The notes below the pieces were generated by a model. That model was not told where the DNA came from and ran no database searches. It worked only from the letters and a program-made list of their open reading frames with translations. A program made the position numbers and the translations under genes. Below are positions 21,401-32,125 of a stretch of DNA of 64,000 nt, piece by piece. The stretch's first letter is position 1; every line of letters begins with the position of its first letter. Source of the DNA: Epithemia pelagica (lineage: Eukaryota > Protista > Bacillariophyta); contig OX337233.1 in the NCBI GenBank assembly GCA_946965045.2, positions 496,001-560,000 on the forward strand, written 5' to 3'.

Positions 21401-23647
21401 AGCGCAATCACCTCTGCAACACCACGCCAACATCAAGTAACACGCACTGGCCGTCATGTTCGTCCTCCACAGCGTCTTATCGAAGAATACCAATGTGCCG
21501 GAATTGATTATCGTGAGCTGTCTCTCACTCAGTCTGAGATCAACTACTACTCTTCAATGGCCGAACTAGGACACGAAGATGCAGATTTCAGTGAGCAAAC
21601 GGGATCTAGTGATGCACTTGATGATGACGACACGTCTAGCTATGAAGAAATCGATGATGAACCACCGGATGACATGCAATTAAACCATCACTCCGACATC
21701 AGCGATGCATTTGTCCAGGCATATTTGGTCACTGATATCAGCAACGCGTACCAACATGCCAACATTGATCCCGAATACCAAGCACCCACATTTCCGGTTG
21801 ATTGTGAAGCTTCTGGTTATAGTTCAAACTCATCGCCATTTGCTCGAGAGTGCGCCTTAGTGGGAGCCGGTCTGGGCGGTGGCATCCAAAACACCAAAGA
21901 GTTGCACGTCCTTACATACAACGAAGCGATCAATGGACCAGAGCGCGAACAATGGCTCGAATCCATCGAAAAAGAGTATCAGCGAATGATCGACAACGGC
22001 GTCTTCATTCCATGCGCACCCGAAGAAGTACCAGCTGACGCCAAGATTCTTAGCAACGTGTGGGCAATGAAGAAGAAAGCAAGTGGAGCGTTCCGTGCAC
22101 GCTTGAATGCCCGAGGGTACGAACAAGTCGACGGGGAGCACTATGACAGTCATGCCACGTTTGCTCCAGTGGCCTCTGATATGACCATTATGATCATATT
22201 CGTCTTGATCATCTTAGCAAATTGGGTCGTGCATGTGATGGATGTCAAGGGAGCCTTTCTGCTCGGAGACTTCGAAAAAGATCGGAAGATGTGGATGACC
22301 ATTCCGAAAGGAATGGAGTCCAAATATCCTCCTGGTTGGTTAATCTTCCTTGGCAAGACTCTTTATGGCACAAAGCAAGCCGCTCGTGCCTTTTGGAATA
22401 AGGTTCAGGAAGTTATGAAGCTTATCCAGTTCTTGCGCAACCGTGCTGATCCATGCCTCTACTTCGCATGGACCGCATATGGACTTGTCATTTGGCTCTC
22501 ATGGGTAGATGATTTCTTGGTTTGTGGCTCCGAAGCAGGAGTCCTTCACTCCGAAGAAGCCATGAAGGAGCACTTTGACTGCGACGACTGCGGTGAATTG
22601 ACGGAATATATTGGTTGCAAGGTCGACATTGACCGTGAGCAGCGTCTCTGCAAGTTCTCACAGCCTGTATTGCTGCAGAGCTTTACCGATGAGTTTGATG
22701 TTCCGACGGCGACACAGCCGTATGCCACTCCTGCAGCACCAGGGGAAGTACTCAAGAAAGACGACGGAACAGACGACTTGGATTCGAAGCAGCAGTCTAT
22801 GTATCGGAGCGGCGTGGGCAAATTGTTACATCTCATGAAATGGTCACGTCCAGACATCTTGAACTCCGTCCGAGACCTCTCCAAGTTTATGAAGCAAGGA
22901 ACACAACACCATCTTAAAGCCATGTTCCGTGTCATGCGCTATTGCATGGACACATCGAAATGCAGCAAGATCTTGCGACCGGTTGGTTGTTGGAACGGTG
23001 ACAAGGACAGTTTTGAATTCGTCATTCGTGGTCGCAGTGACTCGGATTTCGCGAAAGACCCCGAAAAACGTCATAGTGTTTCTGGAATTTCGGTTTTTCT
23101 CCAAGACGCGCCGATTTCTGAATCCAGCCGAATGCAGGATTGTGTTACCCTCTCTGTGAGCGAAGTGGAAATTGTTGCGGCTGTGGAAACGGGTCAACGT
23201 ATGCTCTTTGGAATGCGAGTCCTTGAACAAATGGGTCTGACCGTCCAGAAACCCATGATTTTGCAGATGGATTGCAAGGGCGCCATTGCTCTCACCCATT
23301 CGTGGAGCGTTGGAGGCCGCACTCGTCACATCGATGTCAAATGGCACTTTCTTCGTGAGATGAAAGAGGAAGGGATCATTCACACCGTTTGGTTGCACTC
23401 ACCTGAAAACTCTACAGACCTTTTCACCAAGAACTTGACTGGCCCAGATTTCCGAAAGCATGCATCCGTCTACTGCTCCGACCTTGATCCTGATAGTAAT
23501 GCTGACGATGATCCTGACGCAATGGCCACAAACATTCCTGGCGCTCACGTCGAACCTCTCAATGGATCCGAAACCGCCATGCTTGTTTATCAAGGCCCTC
23601 TTCCATATTGGCTCACCCATTTTCTTCGCACACGATCTTCCAAGTGA
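18494..23647 (+). pseudogene. Copia gag-pol polyprotein with one in-frame TGA (20858-20860) in the integrase core
   Basis: Gag FSGKKADYPIWW; zinc knuckles CNFCQEPGHGYYQC and CEDCKMYGHSTQRC; protease WIADTGATQH; HDKLGH...CAAC; integrase D..DNAGE..PQQNSLAE; RT ARLNARGY, MDVKGAFL, LYGTKQA, WVDDF; RNase H SDSDFA, RHIDVKWHFLRE. ORFs 18494 and 20900 share a frame. Confidence 0.95.
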
Positions 23648-23939
23648 CTCAGCCCCATCCGTATCTCATACCACCATAGTGAAAAGCCCATTGTCAACCG
23701 TATCCATCGAAACAAAACAACAACATCAGTCAGAAATCCGAACCATCAAAACCCAAATCATCAAAACAAAACCTCAACACAACGACTCTTACCATCAACA
23801 TCATCAACACTCCATCTAAATCAGGCAGGGCATTATTTTCATTTCCGCACACATTCGAAGCACACAAGACGATCACCACCAATTATGACATCAAGGATTA
23901 TGGTACCTATGGACATTCGAGCGACACAATTAGGCAGGG

Positions 23940-24217
23940 TGTTGGAATCTTCAATTGAGTCGCTCTTCATGTCGTGGTCCTGAATCAAGACAGTCGCACA
24001 TATGACCTTTGGGATAGAAACCGCAAGGGAGGCGGTTATAGCTCACATAGGTCTTGGAACATCTCGATCTCATCTGGCACAACAACATTCTCTCAATCCT
24101 AGTCGTAATGCTCACTCTTTCTAAATCACTCTGTTTTGAAACCCTTTTGCTTACATCTACGATTACGTTACTTCTGTGCACAGGAGACACCATCAGGGCC
24201 AATCTAGTGATCCAACA
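23940..24217 (+). repeat. 3' LTR (278 bp)
   Basis: TGTTGGA...TCCAACA, followed by the TSD CAGCC. Confidence 0.95.
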
Positions 24218-24222
24218 CAGCC

Positions 24223-24590
24223 AACTATGGAAAATGGAGTTCCATGCGATTCAAGAAGCTTGTCAAGTGTTTACAAGCCACTACACATATCATGTGTGTA
24301 TCAAGAATTCGGCCTGGCAAACCAGTGGGACCGGCTGTTACAAGCATATAGGTTACTGGGCTGGTGCGACAGTGGACGTTCCTACGGGGGGTCATGTGTG
24401 GCGATGGACTGGAGGACAAGAGGGATCCACAGGAACGGCGTGGGTTACCTGCGACAGAGGAGAAGAGTCCACCCGCATAACTTCTGCCTGGGAAAACCCT
24501 GTCAATCAATACAAATTCAAGATGGCAAGCCCGCTTGCCTGCACAGACAATTTGGTTGGACAGTGGCTTCTTGAAAACCGACATTTATAA
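24223..24590 (+). pseudogene. 3' half of the disrupted host gene, encoding an MRH/PRKCSH-like domain
   Basis: C(7890)+AA continues as QLWKMEF...ACQVFTSHYTYHVCIKNSAWQ...IGYW...WTGGQEG...VTCDRGEESTRITSAWENPVNQYKFKMASPLAC, matching the MRH Cys/Tyr/Trp pattern. Confidence 0.75.
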
Positions 24591-26451
24591 AAATATGCGA
24601 GGGAAATGGTTTCAGAAGTGTTGGAAAAGGAAACAACCTTCTTTTGGATGAAACAGAGTGTGGGACGGTCTATTCAACACAAGAATCAAGCCAACAACTC
24701 CGCGTTGGGAGAAACACCAGAGATAGTTTCGTCGTAGCCGGGGATAGGCGTTGTGTTTTCCTGGGTGGTCTTGGAACGGCAGCTGGTTCCAAGATTTTGC
24801 AGGTCTATTTTGCAAGCTCGCGTCTTGAGTGTGGCTTTTTGGCCTCCGTTGACAGCGTCCTGATTTCCGTATCGGCCCTTCTCATGCGAGGCGACGACGC
24901 CAATATAGGAAAGAGAGAGAGAGAGAGCGAAAGAAAGTCGAAGCATCCAGTACCGTTGCTGAAGTTCGAGGTCCTTTTGCGATTGCACGACAGACACTAA
25001 CGCTATAGTGATCCGGTCGGTAGCTTCTTTGTTCAGAGTTGAGTTGAGCCTACCTACTCCTAGTTGATTTTGTGAGTTTGTTGGAGAATTTTGTCACCAC
25101 TCTACTCAATTTTGCTACCACTCTAGGAGTACTCCTCTAGGAGTACTCTCGTAATAAGGCACTCTAGTTAGGATGCCTATCCCTCGCGAGACTCGCGAGA
25201 GGTGGCAGCTGGCAACCGCTGCAGAAGCGCAGGCAGACTATCAGGTCGGCGTGTGAGGCCCGGCGTGGAGTCTCTGCGATTCGCAAGAAAAAGTAGGGAT
25301 AGATGCCTACACTCCTCAACATTCATACAATAGTTACCCCCAAGTAGGGGTGAGTGGTCGGGTCGCATATGTGTCGTGCTTTTGGTGTGCAAACTGAGTG
25401 TAAGAGAATGCTCATCAAATTCCGGTCACTAATCCTCATGACTCACCCCCGCTAGGGGAAATACATTAGTTTCACTAGCGAGAGAGCACTTTCGTCATTG
25501 GCACTGTCCTCCGTGATTCAGGTTTCTTCCTGGGTCACTTGTTTGTGCCGGCAGGCGGAGTCTTGCGCATTGTGTTGATACAGGGTTGGGTATCTTACTT
25601 GCCGACCGATGGCTATTCATCTCATCCGCCAGGGAGGAGTTTCAGGGTACATTTTCCATCGGGATAGATCACTACGATTTTTTATCCAATCTAGCATACA
25701 GTAGTTATGATTCTGCTGGGATGTAGATACCCAGCGGTATCGAAAGAAAATAGAAGTCGCCCGATGTCCCCCCTAGAAGCCGGAGTCCGATTCTTGGTTG
25801 GGAATGAATGAGATGGTCGGTATCGAGTTGCCCATAGTAAATTTGGAAACCTGTCTCACTTTTTCCCGAACGCGAGCGAATCAAACCCTCTTCACAAGAG
25901 AGAGCGAGAGATATGCCATGACAGCGCAATTGGATGGTACAAGGGATGTAATATTGTTTATTTTTTTTGCGTACACAACAAGAACGTCTCATATGGATCC
26001 TTCTGGTTGCTCCTTCTTGCTTCTACCATGCGAGCATCTCCCATACTTGGCAGTCGGATTACACAGTGTGTGTCCTGTGGGGGGGAAGGCATCCCACGCG
26101 ATGCACTCTTATTCTTGGTACAAATAACAACATGCAAAGGGAATTCCTCTGCTCTAGAAGAATCGTACTCGTATTGTACAACCCGGTTTCCTTTCGTCGT
26201 GTCTCCCTCCTATTAAACAACAAAAGAACGCGTGAACCTCCAAAACTAGTGTTATGATTCCATTGTTTAGACCAGTCTTACTTGCCAACCGGTTCCAACT
26301 TTCCACACACACACCGACAAAACACACAACAACTAGACTATTGTGACTGCTCCTTTCCTAGTCTCATTATTTTTTCTACAAGCTTGGTTGCAGTCATAAA
26401 CTGACTGGTTGTGGTGGTGGGAGGAGATTTGAGAAGCAACATTATTGCATC

Positions 26452-28115
26452 ATGACCCACTCCCCTTCTCCCGTTCCGGTCCGCACTCCTGCTGCTACTC
26501 CTCGATTGCACAGCATGTTGCAATCCTTGCATCCTCCTCGTCACCATTCGACTGGTACCAAACGACAAAGTGGATGTAGCAGTGCCAGCAGTGCCAGTTC
26601 TCGGACCACCTCTCGTGTTCGTATGGCGGCATCCACAGGCTCCGTCCCGGAAAAAGACAACCACAAGGACGATGACCAAACAAATGCCAAGAGAGTCACC
26701 AAGAATCACAATGGACCCAAAACCAACAAGACGAACCGTCGAATGATCCTGACACGCGCTCGGAGCAAACCCAACGTGACAAGTGGCAGTACTACTACTA
26801 CCAAACAACAACGGTATTTGCTGCTTCCGTTGGAGGATCCAGATTGTACCAGTACATCGGCCACGGACGATGACGACGATCTCTTTTTGTGGTCGTCCAA
26901 TCCATCACTCGGAGGAGGAGGAGAAGAGAAGGTAGCACTGGTCCAAGACCAACCACCAGAGCAACGCCCAATAGTTCCCAAATCACCAGCAAGAAGCAGG
27001 CGTGTCACTACGATTTCAGCTCCTTCTTCTTCTCCTTCTCCTTCACCCTTGCCTCGCCGACGATGTCGGTCCCTGAGTGCCAACCCGAAACAGGACGACG
27101 ACGACAAGACATTATCCACCACCATTACAATCAAGAAGCGATTTCAAAGTCCCTTTTCCAGACACCGGAGCCGTAGTCGCAGTCGCAGTTGCGCCCAATC
27201 CTCCACCAACGCGCCACGGCAAGGCTCTACGACTACGAAACCAACAAGGACAAGTCCTACGAAACCCCAACGATCGTCCACGGGAGCATCCTGTACTCCA
27301 TCTTCTCGTCCTTCTTCCATGTCCCGTGGTGACAGTCGTCGTCGACGCTCCTTGGTCTTGAACGTGACGTGGGCGACGCGGACCGTCTATGAATTTGGGA
27401 CCATTTTGGGCCATCATCCCGCCGTGTCCGATGGAGGCATTCCCTTGACATTGGATTGGCAGGTGCAAGAGTGTACCGTGACGCGCATTCTGGGTGGCCG
27501 TTCGAAGACAACCAAACAAGACACTAGTACTCCAACGAATGCCAGCCCGCACCAGGCCACACCACCAACCACAACAGTATCCACAACAACAACAACACCC
27601 CGTCGCCACAACAAGAACAGAACCAAAGGAGAGGAAGTCATGGCTCGCATGGATGGTCTCACTCAATGTATAGTGCCTCGTTTGGATGCCGGAACACGAT
27701 TGGCACGGTACGTTATAGACGCAACCTGGATGGGAGTAGTTCGAATGTGGTTTGTGGTGTTCGCCTTTACTGGTCTTCTTTTCATCTCTGACATATCGTG
27801 TTGTATTCTTGCAGATTGCTTTCTCTGGGTTATTCCATGCCGGAAATTGTTCAAGTGGCCCAAGAAATCGACGACATTCAAAACAGTCGACGTGCCGTCC
27901 TCCTTGGCAGCAACAACAATCGTACTACGACTGTCGTGAATCGTACGAGGCACCAACCTCTGGGAATCCCAATAGCAACAACAACCACAATGTCCTCGTC
28001 GTCGTCCACTCGACGGTTTCGATTCTTATCCAGTCCACCACGCCAAAAACTTGGAACGAACCGCCGTTCGTCCAAGATTGTCCACGAAACCATCACATCA
28101 ATCCCCTGCGAATAA
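26452..28115 (+). CDS. Low-complexity Ser/Thr/Arg-rich diatom-family protein; exons 26452-27707 and 27815-28115
   Basis: Contains VTW..RTVYEF..ILGHHPAVSDGGIPLTLDW, a motif I recognise from a large diatom family of unknown function. A GTACGT...TTGCAG intron joins to R-LLSLGYSMPEIVQVAQEI in frame. Confidence 0.65.
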
Positions 28116-28576
28116 GGTTCACACGATATAGTGTGATTGGTGGACCAATATGGCGGACGTACCGCGAATTGCACATTGGCTGACAGTTGAAGAAAAAGTT
28201 CCTGATGGATGATAGACATGCAATGACCGGAAGTACAACTGATTGCACGTTGATTGACTGTTGTTACACCCTTCCTCGATATAAAACTGCGCATTCCGAC
28301 CACGGGAGGTATCCCAACTTTGTATTGTTCCACCCCATGGCTCACGAATCACACTCCTCTATGTCAGGATTTTCACCTTCATGACGTAAATGGAATCTGG
28401 GTATACACGACACTGACCGGTTCGCTATCATCGTCGTTTGTGTCCAAGCGCATCAAACACGTACTTACAAACAACCTAGAAATTTGATATTTGGCTTTAC
28501 TATAGAGAGAGATATACTATAATTTGTTATCGCAATAACAGCATCACGAAATGGACCGTGACACCTTGGTAGTTCT

Positions 28577-30409
28577 TTACGAAATGGACCTAGTTCTTTT
28601 CTTCTCCAGCAAACGAACCCGATCAGAAAGTTGAACCATCATGTTTCTTTGTTCAATCATCATATCTTCCAGTTTCATAAATCGCTCTTCGGAGCCATCG
28701 TAAGCATTCCAGAGTTCATCTGTGGTACGGATAGACACTGGTAGTGTTTCGTTTCCGGTCACCGATCCGGGTTTAAACTCAGCCTCTTCTTTCTGACACG
28801 CAAGGATCTCTTTATCACCAAAACTCTGATTCAACATGACAAGGTTTTCGAGCTCGTCAATCTTGCGAACAATTGGAAGACAATTAACAAAACCATCGAT
28901 ATCATCCAGTTTCCGTTTCAGTCCCTCAATTGTTTCTTCGAGCTCCTGCACAGAGCGGAACTTGTCGTCGTGATCACGTAACCATTCCATCACCGGCAAC
29001 AAGGATTCCGCTTCAATGGCTTCTTGCAGCGCCTTTAATTTGCTGCGATCCTTACTTGCAAGTTGAATCTTGCCGTTGAGTTTTTCAATTTGCATGTCGA
29101 TCTGAGCACGGCAAGAATACATGTTCTGGGAATTGTATCAACAGCACCAAAATTGTCATAAGGAAGCAGTACTACAATTTTTTTGCCAATATCTCCAGTA
29201 ACTTTCGCTATCACAACGAACTCTTACTGGAACAAACACCGTACCTTGATGTCTCTCTTCATGTCAATCAGCGAGCAAACAGCACCCAGATCGTCGTAAG
29301 AGAACAGTATGGAAACCTTTCAAAACAAGACTTGTATACGCTTGCGATATCAAAACCCGTACCTTGGTGTGTTCCGGCATGTTGGTCAATGAAAGCGTTT
29401 CACAGGTATGCCTACCACCTCCAATGACAGCAATTCCGTCCGGGAAGGAAACCACACTAGGACCGCTACGCCCCACCGCCATATCAGGTAGCTTGAATGT
29501 CACGTTGCGTTTCGTGTCCAATACTTCTACTGACCTCGTACTTCCATCGATATCATACTCACCTCCGGTCACAATCAGACAAGTCCCGACTTTCGCAACA
29601 GCATGTCCGTGCCGAGGGACAGAAAGGACCATGTCCTTGTGGACTTTCCATTTCGACGATGAAGGAAAGATACAACTCAAATCCTCCTTGTTCTCTTCAG
29701 AATCTGCAATGAAGTCCAAATATTCAACAGAGTTGAAGTTTGATCTTCTATTGTACCCACCAACGACAAAGATGCGATGGCCAACAACAGCCATTCCACA
29801 GAAAGCTCGAGAGACCGTCATGGAAGGGCCTGCAATGACACTGTGTTGAGCTTGTACTGCCGTATCAATAATATCAGTCGAAGACAAGTAGCATCCATTG
29901 TATCCACCGGCGACCACAAGAAATCGATTGTGTACCACAGCAGCTTGACATCCACTTCTTGGAGTGGACAATGTACAATTCAATATCATCCAATGCTTCT
30001 TGTTGTTGGTAGTACAAGGCGATTTCAACAAATCCACAAGATCAATGCGCTCAATTGACTTCAAGCTACCAGTAGTACTGTATCCTCCCAAAGCGTACAC
30101 AGAGCCATTGCAAACCACTGCTGAATGTCCACCACGATTTTGATTCATACTTTCACCTTCCCTCCATTCCTTCTTGTCCTTTTCCAAATCCATCAACAAC
30201 ACAGAATTTGTGACGATGCACTTTGCTTTTTGTCCTCCAATGACAACGACTGTCTGTTTTCCCTTTTTCTCGCCATTCACAACAACCGATGCATGATTAC
30301 AGCGCCATCCGCCCAAAAGCGGCGGCCATGAGTCGGACTTCCATTGTGGCATTTCATCTTTGTTTGTATCAGGAAATACCAGATTGGACAATCTCACTTG
30401 TTCTTGCAT
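28577..30409 (-). CDS. Kelch (6-blade) + coiled-coil protein K1, 531 aa; exons 30409-29363 and 29125-28577
   Basis: Six GG-containing Kelch repeats. AAG|GTACGG donor and CCCAG|AAC acceptor, phase 0. Coiled-coil C-terminus shared with the paralogues. Confidence 0.85.
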
Positions 30410-30995
30410 GGTCTTCTTGATATATAATATTGGCAACACAAGAAGATGTGTCGAAGAAAATGATCATCTTTTGATGGCAAACATTGCGAGGCATGTCAGC
30501 TTTGGATGCGAAGCTCTCATCCTGGCGAAATCACTCCACGAACCGTGGAGATTGGCTGTCAGAAAGTTGAAAGATGCACCCACGTTTTGGATCCCACATC
30601 GTCATGGTCTAACGCTGCTTCGCGACGATCCACGCTTTGATCGTGTCTGTTGTCTGTTGCTCGTTTTGGTGTCGGTCACGTTATCGCTTTCCGAAAGAGC
30701 AGTGTGGCGTGTAGCATCTCGTCACGCGCACCACCGTTGAGCTGCGAGTGATCATACGTCAAGCCCGGCGTGGATCAGACATGCGCTCGAATCTTGTACC
30801 CCCAAGCAGGAGTAACCCGATCGACGCAATTCGAATGTTGCCTACGGGACTCAATGCCCCCGCTGGGGAAAGGTTCGAATCGTGGCGCGACCCAACCCGG
30901 CACAAGAAAATCTATCGAACGCTTTTGGTTATTGCTTCCGTTTGTTTGTTGGGGATAAGCCTTCCTCTGGAAGACAACAACAACCAGGATATGCC

Positions 30996-31293
30996 ATGAA
31001 TGAGGATTCTTACCATCCGCAGCAGCAGGATGATGCGAGAGAGCAAGCGAAATCGTCGGGCCTCGCCTTTCTCGGCTCATCATCATCATCACAAGAACAA
31101 CAATCGCAACCGCAATGGCAGACCGATCCCAATCAATAACCTCCCCTGGCTGGGGGATGGCGTTATGGTCATGTATGGGTTGTTGTAGAGGCACCATACA
31201 ATCCTCAACACGACAAACTGGTGGTGGTCATGGATGGCCATCAAGTCAATGACTATGCCACCAATTCGGTCATACTTTTGCCTTGTTGGCAGA
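30996..31293 (+). pseudogene. Truncated Kelch type-B copy (KB1)
   Basis: Near-copy of the first ~300 bp of the gene at 39303, with TGG>TAA at 31137. Homology stops at about 31293. Confidence 0.8.
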
Positions 31294-31369
31294 CAAGTAC
31301 TCGAAAGGGTCTCACAGTAGGTCGATGCATATTATGGCCGAGACGACCACGGGGAAGACATTGTTTTCA

Positions 31370-32003
31370 CCGCTTGTCTTCTCGATCAGGGTGGTCTCCT
31401 CCTTGTCGGTGATCGTCGTCGCTGCTTCAGTGAAGATATCGACGGAGTCGAAGCCGATACTGGCGATGTGTTCGAGTCCGGTCTTGGTGTCGACGCCTGC
31501 CTGGTCGAATGCGCTTTTGAGGATTCCGAGTTTCATAATTTGGGTAAAATGGTAGTTGGTTTCTGCGAGGCTCTGGGCGTTTTGGTCCTCTTCTTCGAGG
31601 TTGGCAAAATCGACACGAATGCGCTGTGCGTGATCTTTTCCTACCTCCAGTACCATCGAGTCTTGGACTTTCTCTCGAGCGGCGTGTAGCTCGGGTGGTG
31701 GGACTCTTGAAGCGGGTTGTTCGACCTGGCGTTGTAGCAACACACGAGTCAAAGATGCACATGTTCGTAGTTACTAGTCGTACAAGACACATCCGGCAAA
31801 GGGAACCAATAATCTATCTGATTGGTGGGACGATTGGTAGTAGTAAGAATAGAACAATAACGATAACAGGTGTCGCTGTTTGGACTCTGAGATTGACGCT
31901 ATCAATAAATTAGGAATATACGAGTCAATATTACTAGCACTATCCAAGAAAAAGGGTACCTGCAGCGCAGCCATCAGAGAGGGGCATAGGATTAAGCATG
32001 ACA
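31370..32003 (-). mobile_element. Possible degenerate LTR-retroelement fragment (LTR-like 32003-31762 plus a coding-like fragment)
   Basis: On the minus strand AAGGGGGGCGG is followed directly by TGTCATG... and a TG...CA segment of about 240 bp. Downstream is a coding-like frame with many C/G-ending codons (RIRVDFANLEEED...). No second LTR or TSD found. Confidence 0.3.
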
Positions 32004-32125
32004 CCGCCCCCCTTAGACTACATCGCAAAGAGGCACTCCTCAGTCCAAAGCTTTAATGTTGATACGTACATGTGCAGAACGTTCGTGCTCGTATGCTTAT
32101 TCCCTGGATTTCCTGAGATGCTCCA

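Larger units (their letters stand above)
7891..24217 (+). mobile_element. Ty1/copia LTR retrotransposon, about 6.2 kb when the nested element is removed; 5-bp TSD CAGCC
   Basis: Termini TGTTGGA...TCCAACA. CAGCC at 7886-7890 and 24218-24222. gag-PR-IN-RT-RH order. Purine-rich AGGCAGGG just before the 3' LTR. Confidence 0.95.

Noticed and set aside
24686-24997. Minus-strand ORF with a hydrophobic LSFALSLSLSYIGVV stretch
   Set aside because: The hydrophobicity comes from a (CT)n microsatellite; no other support.
25399-25599. Possible solo LTR TGTAAGA...TCTTAC(T)
   Set aside because: The end is not CA and there is no flanking TSD.
28115-28480. Coding-looking fragments between the Ser-rich gene and K1, and similar ones at 35530-36300 and 43450-43850
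   Set aside because: Many stops and no identifiable family; treated as decayed duplicated spacer.
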